Shown here: positions 13,652 through 26,020 of the stretch, one piece after another
How the letters are laid out: every line of letters starts with the position of its first letter
How positions within the stretch are numbered: position 1 is the stretch's first letter
Assembly: GCF_001194135.2 (NCBI RefSeq)
Contig: NC_068983.1
Span: 106,315,942-106,379,941, forward strand
Length of the DNA: 64,000 nt
Direction of reading: 5' to 3'
Source of the DNA: Octopus bimaculoides
Taxonomy: Eukaryota
Program-made: the position numbers and the translations under genes
The notes under the pieces: generated by a model
Told to the model about the DNA's origin: nothing
Database searches by the model: none
Seen by the model: only the letters and a program-made list of their open reading frames with translations

Positions 13652-15853
13652 CTGTGGAGAGAGAAACAAGAAAAAAAAGAAAAAAGGCAAGTTTATAAAT
13701 GGTATTTAGAAACTAACAATCATGATTTATAACACAAGCAGAAGGCTATGTGGAAGGGTGTAGTCCATTTAATTGATTCCAGGATTATTTTTTCATAGAC
13801 CTCTGTGAAGATGAAAAACAAAGTTGACCTTATTGAATAGAAACAAGATTAAAGATTTTACATAAAGGCATGAAACTAGATATTTACATTTTTTTTTTAT
13901 TGTAACAAGAAACTGTGTAAATTGCAAGGTTTCTCAAAAGATACTGAAATAATGCTAATGGTTACAGACTCAGGTTCATAAGAACTTATTGGTACCACAG
14001 TTTCATCTCTTACAATAATTATAATGGTTTTATTGTAACACATTTTAATTTTTTATTTTTTTGTTTAACCTTTTAACATTCATATTACTCCACCAAACGT
14101 AACGTCATTGTAGGGTTGGTGTGAGAAGCTAGATCTGGCCAGTTTGAACATAAAACTTGAAGAATATTTGGGTTGGATATGAATGGTTTAAATGCAAAAG
14201 ATTTAATGACTACTTTGGTTCTATCATTATGCAATAGCTTTTAATCCAATACATGATTTCAGATCAAAGCACTTGTGAAAGAAGTACAACTAACTTCATA
14301 CCAACCAACCCACCCAAGACTACCCTTACTTTGATGATACCAACTTCCTGTCTTAATGTGATCTGAATTAAAATTTTCCATCAAAATGTTTTGTTAATTC
14401 ATGTTCCAAAAACCAATTTAATGATGTTAAAGTTATTTTATTAAATTCCTCATTATTTTCAAAATTAATTGAAACAAAAGCAATATATCTCAACAGAAAT
14501 AAGTAACAAAAGAGTTAAAGGTATCAAAAAATTTTTATCAACTCTTTAATGATGATGATCATCATCGTCATCATTTAACATCTGCTGGCATGGATTAGAT
14601 GGTTTGACTGGAACTGGTAAGCTGGATAGCTGCACCAAGTTCCAGTCTGATTTGGCATGGTTTCTATGGCTGGATGCCCTTCCTAATGCCAACCACTCCA
14701 AGAGTGTAATGGGTGCTTTTTGCATGCCACTGGCAATGGCCATGACTACAATTTCACTTGGCTTGATAAGTCTTCTCAAGCACAACATATCACCAAAGGT
14801 CTCGGGTCACTTGTCACCTCCTTGAGGCCCAACATTTGAAGATCGTGCTTCAATGCCTCGTTCCTCACTTCTATGAGGCCCAACATTTGAACTCTTTAAT
14901 GATGAATGGTAAAAATAAACTTGGATCTAAATTTAACTGAAAACAGCTGTAAAGCTTCTTGTCCAGCTTGTAACTCATCTGCTTTAACTTTAGTTACAAA
15001 AACCAGAACAACAACGATTTCTAACATTGGCACAAGGCTGCAAACTTTGTGTGAGGGTATAGTTGACCCCAATACTTGACAGGTACTTACCTTATCAACC
15101 CCTGGGGAGTGAAAAGCAAAGCTGACCCTGGCAGAATTTGAACTTGGAACATAAAAGGATGTAACTAAATACAAGGTATTCAGTTCAGCACTACCATTGC
15201 TACCACTTCACAGACCTTCATATATAAATATTAAAAACAAAGAAAAACTCATTGTAGTTCAGTGTAGGAGGCTTTCAAATCTATAAACCATTCATTTTAT
15301 TTAAGGATTAATCCATTTCAGAAATCACTGCAGCATGTATCAACTGCTGGGACCTTCCAATTTAAAATTCTTATAATCTCAGCTGGGTTCAATAAATCTT
15401 TATATAAGATTTCTTTTAACAATGTATAAAGGCACAATATTTTTTTGTTTTAACCCTGTGCTAGATCTGATTAAGCAAATGTATAATTAAAAACATTCAA
15501 GTCATGACCATCCATCTTTTTAGGGCATTGTGCATCTAGAACTGCATTGTCCAATGCGTCTTTCTTTTTTTTTTTTGAGGTGCTAGGGTGTAAATTGAGA
15601 TTTGGTTGCTATTTCTAGCACAGGTCAAGAGACCATTTAGAGGATGCTACATTGGTCTGATAGACACTATATTTTTAGAGAGTTGAAAACAAGTTCTATT
15701 GCTTACAATCTTCGCAAAAAGAACAGGTAACATAAGTAAAGCGAAATAAAATTAAAAAATACAGGCATGAAATTGCTGTGAGTTTAGCTGACATTTTTTG
15801 GTGTTTTATACTTTTATGGAACAAACATGAAAATTAGAGACATGGAAACTTGC

Positions 15854-15956
15854 CTATCAGAATCAGTAAGAGTACACAAATCTTTTCCATTCCAGAAATC
15901 AGTGCAGCAGTCTAGTATCAAATCGGCTGTACCTTGACATAAAAGCTGGAACATAC
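15854..15956 (-). CDS. TMEM94: TMEM94 coding exon (MFQLLCQGTADLILDCCTDFWNGKDLCTLTDSDR)
   Basis: AATAG| acceptor phase 1, non-canonical AG|GCAAGT donor phase 2, 103 nt; GTAD...CTDFW motif. Confidence 0.93.
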
Positions 15957-16889
15957 CTATTAAAGAAAAATACAGCTCACATTTAGGAGAAACCAACTGT
16001 TTTTATTAAACAATATGAACAAGGAGTTTTTAATTATGTGGTTGGAACTTACAGTAGAGAATGTATTGGAAGAGAGAAAGAGAACAAGTTAGATGTTTGT
16101 ATATATGAGTGTGTGACTATCATCATCATTTAATGATCCCTCTCCATGCTTGTGTGAGTCAGACAAAATTTGTTGAGGCAAATTTTCTATGGCCGAATGC
16201 CCTCACTTATTTCCTAGCAAGGTAACATTTTCCCACAGCTATGGAAAACTGGAAATGAACGAGCTCAATTGTATGACAATGATGCTCATTTACAACTATT
16301 ATTACGTGATATCTAGACAAGTGTACACACACAAGCATATATGTGTGTGTGTGTGATATATTTCTTTCAGTTTCTGGGTATCATATCCATTCACATGGCT
16401 TTAATCGGCCTGGAGTTATAATAGAAAACACTTATCCGATATGCCATACAGTGGGGCTGAACCCGAGACCACATGATTGGAAAACAAGATTCTTAACCAC
16501 ACAACCATACCTGCACTTTGTGAATGGATGTGTGGTTAAGAAGTTTGTTTCATAATCCCACAGTGAAGCATCTTATACTGTCTTCTGCCAGTGCCTCAGA
16601 TTGATCCAAACCTTGTGAGTGAAAGACAGGGTAGATAGAAAGTATGTAGAAGCTTATCTGATAATCTATAATCTACTGTTTGAGGACCCAACATTGTCAC
16701 ATAGTTTCACACTGAGCTTGGCCAAGAAAGAACATTAATGACACAATTATGATGAGTAGGTAGTTATGTTGATTGAAAAACTGGAACACTAATTTATCAA
16801 AATCAAGTTCATCATCTACCATCATTACCTTAACAGACATTTGCAAATACATTTTATCTGTAGGAGAGCAAGAAAAAAAAAAAAATTAC

Positions 16890-16998
16890 CAGAATTTTTT
16901 TCTTTCACAACAATTGAGACCATATTTGGCATTGGAATTTTATGATGTACATTTGATCGAGCTCTCTGCAGCCTCTCTTTAGCAGCTCTCTCTTCAAG
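16890..16998 (-). CDS. TMEM94: TMEM94 coding exon (LEERAAKERL...PMPNMVSIVVKEKNSG)
   Basis: TTTCAG| acceptor, G|GTAATT donor phase 1, 109 nt, open frame. Confidence 0.87.
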
Positions 16999-17820
16999 CT
17001 GAAAATAAATTCCAAAGAAAATAGGAGTAACTTTATTCTGGCTTTTATTGTCATAGTGAATACAAATATCAATTTACAGGATTAAAAAAAATTGAATATG
17101 CACAAAACTTTTATAATTCGGATAATTAACAATTACTATGCGACAAAGAAAACAGTTAAGATTTTGATTTTTTTAAGGTTTAGCCTAGTAACATTCAAGA
17201 TCTTTGGCGTGTTTTTGAGACTGGTGAGATCAAATCGTTTTTTTTTTATTGATCATGAAGATCTATAGGTTAAAACCTGCAGGAAAAATGTGGGTGGGGA
17301 GAGAATTCTGAGGAGGAAGGGTCGGCTGAAGTGGTTACTATGGAGTTTAATAGCTGATACAGAGAGAAAGGATGTTGTGTGGGTCTGGGTGGAAGAGGTA
17401 AATAACAAGCTTGTTATTTATAATCATTAGTACCATGTTGGTCTCAGAGGGTTGTGAATGCTATGGGCACAGCCCTTTCTTCTTGACTAAACCATTAAAA
17501 AACAATGACTGCTGTGTTATTCAGATGTGTTTCTACTAGTCTCATCTAATGAGCATAATTAAAAATGGTAAATTAGGGTGAGCTGGCAGAATTGTTAGCA
17601 TACTGGGCAAAATGCTGCTAAACATTTTGCCCAACTTCATGTTCCGAGTTCAAATTTTGCTAAGGTTGACTTTGTCTTTCATCGTTTCGGGGTTGATAAA
17701 ATACCAGTTGAGCTCTGGGGTCAATGTAATCAATAAAATGGTAAACTGAGAAATGTAAGTTTGAATTAAATAACAGAGAATAGTAATTAAAATGGTTTAG
17801 AAGTAGGAAAAAATACTCAC

Positions 17821-17914
17821 CACCTGTCTATAGACACCAATAATCTGCTTTTTAGAAAATATATCAAGGGCATTGTTGGAGAACCCAATCTGTCTTGCTA
17901 ACTCACATAAGCAT
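17821..17914 (-). CDS. TMEM94: TMEM94 coding exon (CLCELARQIGFSNNALDIF...YRQV)
   Basis: AATAG| acceptor phase 2, GTG|GTGAGT donor, 94 nt; LCELARxIGF motif. Confidence 0.93.
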
Positions 17915-18321
17915 CTATTAAAAGAGGAAGTATTTAAAATAATACTGAATATGAAAACAATTTCATTCAATGAAGGAATTAGTAAACACCACCAAATCCC
18001 AACCTTCTTTCTGGTTTCTATACTGGTGCAGGCATGGCTGTGTGGTTAAGAACTTTGCAGAGACACGAGATTGCAGGTTTGATACCAAAACATGGTACTT
18101 TTTCACGAAATTCTATTAAACTCTCAAGTCAACTAATGACTTACAAAAGAAATTTATAGATGGAAAGTGTATCAAAACTGACTACACACGCACACTAGCA
18201 TGCTTTCTTGCATACTAACATGCAGAGTATTGTAGGAGCTTCACTTCAAATCTATTCATCCAAATGATGACCTGCCACTAGGTGGTTTTTCCTAGTGTAC
18301 ATCCTATACTAATTAAATATA

Positions 18322-18375
<54 letters not shown>

Positions 18376-19124
18376 AACAAACACATGTAAAAAGCACCCA
18401 TTACACTCTTAGAGTGGTTGGCATTAGGAAGGGCATCCAACCATAGAAACCATGCCAGATCAGACTGGAACCTGATGCATGGGTAGGAAGATATATATAT
18501 ACTCTACACATACACCTATCTTTAAGTAAGAATGATTCCTTAATCATCATTAACTACATTTAGTTAGTTGTTGTTACAAATTTATTTTTACTAAGTAACT
18601 CAGTATACTGCCAGAAAACAACTCTTACTTTCCACTTCATTCCTTCATTCTTATTGTCTTTATCTACTTAAAACACACTTGCTCTGACTGTTTTACTTTG
18701 TCTTCCCTTGGATAACTTTCCTCTCACTCTTTCACACACATACATATACACAAAGACAGCTTCTCTTTCTTACAAACTGTTTTATCAAGTGGAAAATGAA
18801 ATGCATGTGATAGAAGGGAACTGAGAGAGAAGTAGTCGAATTGATGTGCAGTGGAAGGAAGGGTTTGGAGTGTTGTAAGAGTTAACCAGTTGTTTTGCCT
18901 TTCAGAAAAGTTCAAGAACAAACAACAAATCATTTTAATAATATGAAATATACATGTGTACATCTTCTGTCATATATTTCACTGAAGAATGAAAGAATCA
19001 GTGATAAAAACTAGTACACTTTGAACACAGGCCTTTGCAATGTTATTCTGTGTTAAGTTATAGACACTCACTTGTCATTCTTGTTTTCATAAGTTAAATT
19101 AAACCAGTAAACCATTGCAAATCT

Positions 19125-19714
19125 GGGATCTTTCTTAAAACGGGGGCCACATTTTTCATTAACGAAACACTTTGAAACTTGGAACACTGGTAGAATGTGT
19201 CATATAAAACATCTTTTTCTCTTAGTCTTCTTAAAAAAAAAAAGAAATCCATAAATTATTCCATGTTAAAGTTGTCGTATTTCTGTAATTTCAACCAATC
19301 ACTGACGTCCATTCAGCCGATATACATTAAGTGCCGACTACATAAACAAACGATTCTTCGTTTTATTTGCTTTTTTCATATTAAATTTGCTTTAACCCTA
19401 ACCCTAACCCTAGGGTTCGGGTTAGGGTTAGAGTTAGGGTTAAAGCAAATTTAATATGAAAAAAGCAAATAAAACGAAGAATCGTTTGTTTATGTAGTCG
19501 GCACTTAATGTATATCGGCTGAATGGACGTCAGTGATTGGTTGAAATTATCGAAATAAGACAATTTTTTACATGAAATAAATTCGAATACAAAAATATTT
19601 TTCTGTTCTATAACACAAAATAGATAAGTATACGAAGTTTGAAAGTCTTTCGGTACCACAAACACTACGTAAAACATTAATGAAAAATGTGGCCCCCGTT
19701 TTAAAAAAGATCCC
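19125..19714. mobile_element. 590-bp MITE with 38-bp TIRs, 6-bp TSD and an internal palindrome centred on telomeric repeats
   Basis: TIR GGGATCTTTYTTAAAACGGGGGCCACATTTTTCATTAA with 1 mismatch; AAATCT on both flanks (19119-19124, 19715-19720); inner IR 19272-19563. Confidence 0.85.
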
Positions 19715-21124
19715 AAATCTGTAACTCAATGATATAAAATATATAAATTCATAATATACAAATATATCATTTAATATTGGTTTCACAATTTTGGCACAAG
19801 GCCAGCAAGTGTAACAGATAGGTAAGTTGATTACATTGACCCCAGTCCTCAACTGGTACTTATGTTATCAACCCTGAAAGGTTGAGAAGCAAAGTCAACC
19901 TCAGTGGAATTTGAACTCAGAATGTAAAGACAGATAAACTGCTGCCAAGCATCTGCCTAGTGGGCTAACAATTCGGCCAGCTTGTTACCTTAATATATCA
20001 TTTAATATTCGTAGATATTTTTTGTAAGGTAGCAAGCTCGTAGAATCATTACTGTGCCAGGCAAAATGCTTAGCAGCATTTCATCTGTCTTCATGTTTTG
20101 AGTTCAGATTCTGCTGAGACAGACTTTGCCTCTCATTCTTTTGACTTGATAAAATAAGTACCGGTTGAACATGGGAGTTGATGTAATCGACTTAGCCACT
20201 TCCCTGAAATTGCTGGCCTTGTGCCAAAATTTGAAACCAATATTAGTAGATATTTTGAGAAGCCACAATTTTATTAACCATATGGATTTTTAACCATATT
20301 AAACATGGTTTTTTTAGTTTTCACAAGTATTCAAAGTTGCTTAATCTCATGGCTCAGCCTTGATCAAGCAGAATGATGGTCAAAGTTATTGCAGCGATGA
20401 TGAACCAGTCACTTTATATCTAGTATTGCATTGGCCAATGAAACCTTTCAATTTTAAGATTTGTGAGTGATTTAGCCGATATTTCTATCAGGTCAAGCAA
20501 CTTTGTAGAAGTTCCCTCATTATTCACAGCTATCAGACTATTGTACCTGCAGCCATTGCATCACCATCAGCAGCATTATCATCATCGTCAGCATCATTAC
20601 CATCATTGTTGTTTTAGCATCCACTTTTTCATGTTTACATGGATCGGACAAATTGTTGAGGTAGATATTCCATGGCTGGATTATCTTTCCCGTCACCAAC
20701 CCTTATGTGTTTCTAACAAAAAAAGGTAAGATTTCCCTTTGGTCAGACATATATTCACGAAATATTGGAAACAAAGGACACCGTTTGCACAACGGTGATG
20801 CTTGCTTACAACTATCATATAATGGGGGAAAAAAAAAAAAAAAAAAAAAAGAAAAACAGACACAGACACACAACAGCTTTCTTTCAGTTTCCCCACCATA
20901 AAATCCACTCACAAGGCTTTGGTCAGTCAGTGACTATTGTAGAAGCACCAGCCCGAGGTCTGAACCCAAAACCATGTGGTTGGGAAGTAAACCACACAAC
21001 CATGAGCTGTACCTATGAGCAGTATATTCATTGTAAATACAGTTGCTATTGCATCTGAATAATGGATAAAATCTCTGCATGAAATTTATAAATAAACATT
21101 TATACGCTATTGATAATTGATTAA

Positions 21125-21334
21125 CCCTTTAGCATTCAGGTTACTGTCAAATATAATGCTTATTTATTCACATTGTTTTGATTTAATCTGCATTGTGTCA
21201 CATCTTTGAGATTTTGATGTGATTGTTTGTATGTGTAGAATGACATAGCAGGGAAGGTGTGAGAAGTGAGATCTGGCTGGTTTGAACATAAAACAATATT
21301 TTAGCCAGATATGGCCAGTTTAAATGCTAAAGGG
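21125..21334 (+). mobile_element. About 210-bp TTAA-targeting (piggyBac-type) MITE, multi-copy family
   Basis: TTAA|CCCTTTAGCATT ... AATGCTAAAGGG|TTAA. Related copies at about 2198-2400, 24445-24675, 26245-26460, 35281-35496, 40725-40930 and 43577-43796. Confidence 0.85.
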
Positions 21335-21359
21335 TTAATGAAGATTAAACAACACCTAC

Positions 21360-21481
21360 CTTCTATTTAGTACTGCAACAGTGCCCTCATTTTCCAGAGC
21401 AGCAGTTGCTACATGGTCAGTGAACTGAGAATACCAAGTAGCAATACTTGTATTACAGGTGTTAGCTAAGATATTTAATCC
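21360..21481 (-). CDS. TMEM94: TMEM94 coding exon (GLNILANTCN...QFTDHV...VLNRR)
   Basis: ATTAG| acceptor, AG|GTAGGT donor phase 2, 122 nt; GLNxLxNxC...FxDH motif. Confidence 0.9.
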
Positions 21482-21708
21482 CTAATAAGAGATCAATATG
21501 AAATAAGAAAAAAAATAAAATAAAATGAATAAATATTTCTTTAAATAATTACAGTAATTTTCAGGACAAAATAATTTTACATTTCTTAACCAGAACACTA
21601 ATATGAAATTTAATTCTATAAAGAATAGAAAGTTTAGAAAGGTATAACAATGCACTATAGAACAAAAAATGGACTATATACCTGTTGTAACTTGGTTATC
21701 TATAGTCC

Positions 21709-21744
21709 GATGATATTTCGGAATTACAATTCCTTCTTCAGATC
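21709..21744 (-). ncRNA. Minimal type I hammerhead ribozyme motif, mirror copy (sense to TMEM94 pre-mRNA)
   Basis: Exact reverse complement of 21800-21835 in the other palindrome arm. Confidence 0.8.
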
Positions 21745-21799
21745 TTATTTGCTGGAATCTCTGCTATAAACTGTTTATAGCAGAGACTCCAGCAAATAA

Positions 21800-21835
21800 G
21801 ATCTGAAGAAGGAATTGTAATTCCGAAATATCATC
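21800..21835 (+). ncRNA. Minimal type I hammerhead ribozyme motif (intact core)
   Basis: GAT-CTGAAGA-A-GGAAT[TGTA]ATTCC-GAAA-TA-T-C-ATC: stem I GAT/ATC, CUGANGA core, 5-bp stem II, GAAA, palindromic ATAT stem III, AUC cleavage triplet. Confidence 0.8.
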
Positions 21836-23373
21836 GGACTATAGATAACCAAGTTACAACAGGTATATAGTCCATTTTTTGTTCTATAGTGCATTGTTAT
21901 ACCTTTCTAAACTTTTTATTCTTTACAAACAATACACAATGCTTCAAGCGAACTACAATACTCTCTTAATTCTATAAACCATAAGGTCCTCTAGCATTTT
22001 CTAGCTCTTGGGTTGCTTGTGACCTTATCTCATATATGAAGTAAATGTTTAGAAGACTTCAGGATGTATTAATTTCATCACATAATACAGGGACAAATCT
22101 TTATAGGAGACAAGAGTAGGATATACTGAATGGATTTCAGGTAATTACTGACCAAAGGGATGTAAAGAAAAAAAAAAAACTTCATTGACAAGATTTGAAG
22201 CCTGAATAACAAGATTTCTGACTAGATACAGTAAAACATCACACAAACTATTCCATTACTTTGATCGTCCCTTTATTTCATTATTATTCTAAATATTAGT
22301 TGTCTTTATGTGACTTTGACACAAAAAACCCCAACAAAATTCATCAGGAATTTATGCTGATCAGCCACTTTTTTTATACATAGGTCCATAGCATTATGAC
22401 ATTGGCCGTTCTTTTTCTGGCTTTGCCCTTCAAACTAATGACAATAGCTTCTCTTACACATAGTCGAAATGAAGATACAGTAGTCATTCAATACCACCAA
22501 CATTTAAAGTTTGTTTATCTCACCCAAAATGATTGTTCTAGACATATTTTTAAACAAATTCTAAATTAAGAACTATTTCTTTCAAGATACTTATAAATAT
22601 TCAGAGCTATCTTTTTTCTAAGAATTTATACATTCATCACGAATAATAAATTTAAGATGTTACTTTCTTTTTAGAATTAAAAAGAAATTAATCTTGAACA
22701 ATGGTAGACAATTTACCACATTAACTTGAGAACAATGCAGTTTCAAAAACAATGTTAACCTCCTTTCCAATTTTCAATCTAAAAATCAGTAATATTTTAT
22801 CCTATTGTTTTTCTTTTACACTCAGAGATGAGTAGAGAACTGTGTACTGTTTAAGAGTATAATGCTATGGCTTTGGTAAAGTATGAGTTCCAGATCATAT
22901 AGGGAGTTGTACAACTATTTAACTGAACAGTGATTCTCAAAAAAAAAAAAAAAAAAAAAAAAAAAANNNNNNNNNNNNNNNNNNNNNNNNNNNNNNNNNN
23001 NNNNNNNNNNNNNNNNNNNNNNNNNNNNNNNNNNNNNNNNNNNNNNNNNNNNNNNNNNNNNNNNNNNNNNNNNNNNNNNNNNNNNNNNNNNNNNNNNNNN
23101 NNNNNNNNNNNNNNNNNNNNNNNNNNNNNNNNNNNNNNNNNNNNNNNNNNNNNNNNNNNNNNNNNNNNNNNNNNNNNNNNNNNNNNNNNNNNNNNNNNNN
23201 NNNNNNNNNNNNNNNNNNNNNNNNNNNNNNNNNNNNNNNNNNNNNNNNNNNNNNNNNNNNNNNNNNNNNNNNNNNNNNNNNNNNNNNNNNNNNNNNNNNN
23301 NNNNNNNNNNNNNNNNNNNNNNNNNNNNNNNNNNNNNNNNNNNNNNNNNNNNNNNNNNNNNNNNNNNNNNNNN

Positions 23374-23419
<46 letters not shown>

Positions 23420-24345
23420 CACATACATGCATTGATAAGCAGTATTTGCAATTCATGTGTAGAACAAAGAAAAAGTTGCTGGATAATTGGCTTGTCATTC
23501 TTAAATTTGTATTGTTTGTGCTTAATAACTCTCAACCATTCAATCTACATAATTAGAAATATGTACAATTCATATTTATAAAGGGTGGAGGCACTCTAAT
23601 AAATATTTTCAGCTCATTTTAGATCACATTTTGTAAACAATAACATTGCTGATTACAGGTTTTCAACAGACCAGTTACTGGTTCAATGCATTTACAATTC
23701 TAAAAGTAAACGGGGTGCATTTGTACAACTCAGGCAGACCCATAAGAATTTTGTTAGAAAGTGCTGGTTTATTGTTTTGTTTTTTTTTCTCACTCATGTT
23801 TACATCTCTCACCAATATACCTTAATGAAGTTTTTATTTACACACCCAAATATTGAACAGAGAGAATGAGTGCTCAACATCACACTGGTGAATAAATATT
23901 CTTTATTTGTGGGTTTTCATCCAAGATGGAGACAAGCACTAACATCCCACATGGCAGGCTTGATAATTGCTGAGATTACTTTTGGCATTAAACCATATAT
24001 ATATATATATATATAACAGTTTCACCCAAAAGGTGTTGACTAAGCAGAAGCACAAAGTGCTACACAGCGGAAGTGAATTTGAAGGTACATAGTTGTGAAA
24101 CAAACTTCTTAACTAAATAGCCATGTATGTATAACAACAATTATTTAGATAGTTTGCTTTACTGGACACATGGCCAACCACAAAAAACGACTGCGTGATA
24201 AGCATTGAGAAAATTGATAAAGTAGTATAGAGATTTGAAAAGAGAAAAATCCTGACTCCATATTGTACCTAAGCAATAAAAATATTTCTGAAAATAAAAA
24301 CTGAATTATTTATTAAAAAAAAAAAAAAATTCAACTGATATTTAC

Positions 24346-24398
24346 CTTTGAATCATGAGTTAAATCCAAAACTTCAACATGACAGCTGGTTTTAGGAA
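24346..24398 (-). CDS. TMEM94: TMEM94 coding exon 10 (VPKTSCHVEVLDLTHDSK)
   Basis: TTTCAG| acceptor phase 1, AAG|GTAAAT donor, 53 nt; similar to recalled HLEMLSLSQD. Confidence 0.8.
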
Positions 24399-25710
24399 CT
24401 GAAAAAGAAATTAACCATTATCATCACCACCACCAGCAGTTTAACCCTTTAGCATTCAGATTATTCTGTCAAATGCAATGCTTTCTCATTCACAATGTTT
24501 TTTTTTTCTTCTTTTAATTAATTATGTATTATCTCAGCTTTGAAATTTTGATGACATGATTGTATATTTTTTAGAAGGCACTGAGAGGTAGGTGTGATAG
24601 GCTGGATCTGGCTGGTTAGAAAATAAAACAGGTAGAATATTTGAGCTGGATATGACTGGTTTAAATGCTAAAGGGCTAATGTTCAATTTTGTTATAGTTA
24701 TGTGTTAGCTGATCTTTTGGTGTCCTGAGTTATTTAATCATGTAAAAGAGGTTAACTGGTAAGGAAGACTATACTGTTTTGGTCATCCTTAGTAAACAAG
24801 TGAAGACAAAGGATTAAGGAAAGTGTTTAATTTCCCTGTGGATGCCCTGCATAGAAATGCTCACTTAACAGTGTCAAGTGCGATGTTTAGTAACTTGAAA
24901 TTCATCACTGGACAGACACAAAAATAAAAAATTCAAAAAATCAATTTCAGTGGAGTTGGATATGGCCCGTCAGTTTGATCTGGATATTCAATACTCACAG
25001 AGAATAATGGATAAAAAAATTGTACAGTAATAACAGCATCGTCATCATCATTGTTTTATGTCTGTTTTGATATACTGCCATGAGTTGGATAGGGTTATTC
25101 TTGCAGTGTCTTATACTTATTGTGGTATTTTATTATCAAATATGCATAAGACAACATCACCCATGAATCTTTGCTGTTGCATCAGTAATACTTTTTAGCA
25201 TGTTTTTATGTTCTGTATAACAGAAACCATTTTATAGCACAGACTGGGATTATGACAATGTAAAAAACCCAGAACAGTCTCCCTTTAGCTCTATCTTTTG
25301 TTCCACTATATAAGAAAACATAGCCATCACATGGAAGCATATATAATTTGATAGCATGACACGTTTCCATTGATTTTAGGTGCCCATGTAGTCACAACCA
25401 AACACAGACACGATCTCACACTTGATGCAGCAGAACATCTAGGATGTAACAGTTGGAGGGAGAAAGGGTTGTATCAGTGCTGGGATGGCATTCATTTCAC
25501 CTGAGTAGAATGGAGCAACATGAAATGAAGTGACTTGTCTTACTCAAGGACACAATGTTCTACCTGGTCTAAGGATTTGAACCTATGACCTTATGACTGT
25601 GAGCCAAATACCTTAAACAACTAAGCTACAAAAAAAAAAACAAACAAAAAAAACAATTTACTTTGAAAGAATTCTACACGAGTAATAAAAATTATCAAAG
25701 TGTCACTGAC

Positions 25711-25936
25711 CATGAATTGGCTCTGTGGTATTTTCTTTATGAAAACATGTGCAGTCAGGTGTGCTGCCAGGGTCTGGTTGGTGTTGAGATCCTGTGAAGT
25801 CTTCAGAGTAAGAATATAAAGAATCATGGGGGCTGTTGTTCTCAGTTGATTGTTGAATATCAGAAAAGAAGAAGACTTTTTCAGCAGAAGGATTTGGCCA
25901 AGACAGAATGCCTTTCTTATCCACACAACATAGAGT
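25711..25936 (-). CDS. TMEM94: TMEM94 coding exon 9 (TLCCVDKKGILSWPNPSAEKVFFF...)
   Basis: TTTCAG| acceptor, G|GTCAGT donor phase 1, 226 nt; CCVDKxGILSWPNPS signature. Confidence 0.93.
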
Positions 25937-25986
25937 CTGAAAATAAAGTAAAAGAGCTGAAAACAAATGTAACTATTTCACAAGCA

Positions 25987-26020
<34 letters not shown>

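Larger units (their letters stand above)
21619..21925. mobile_element. 307-bp palindrome carrying two hammerhead motifs; probable non-autonomous Penelope-like (inverted pLTR) insertion
   Basis: 153-bp arms, 1-nt loop at 21772, two mismatches seen by eye. The palindrome is observed; the PLE assignment is inferred from the hammerhead type. Confidence 0.6.

Noticed and set aside
19393-19442. Interstitial telomere or chromosome-fusion scar
   Set aside because: Only about 8 units, orientation opposite to a fusion, and embedded in a TIR element with a TSD.
19272-19563. Hammerhead in the telomeric palindrome
   Set aside because: CTGACGT and CTGAATG do not match CUGANGA, and there is no correctly spaced stem II/GAAA.
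22845-22930. Candidate for the missing TMEM94 exon (also checked about 22390-22480 and 23650-23700)
   Set aside because: No suitable splice-site pair or similarity to the expected FDDxxW...LKPL peptide.
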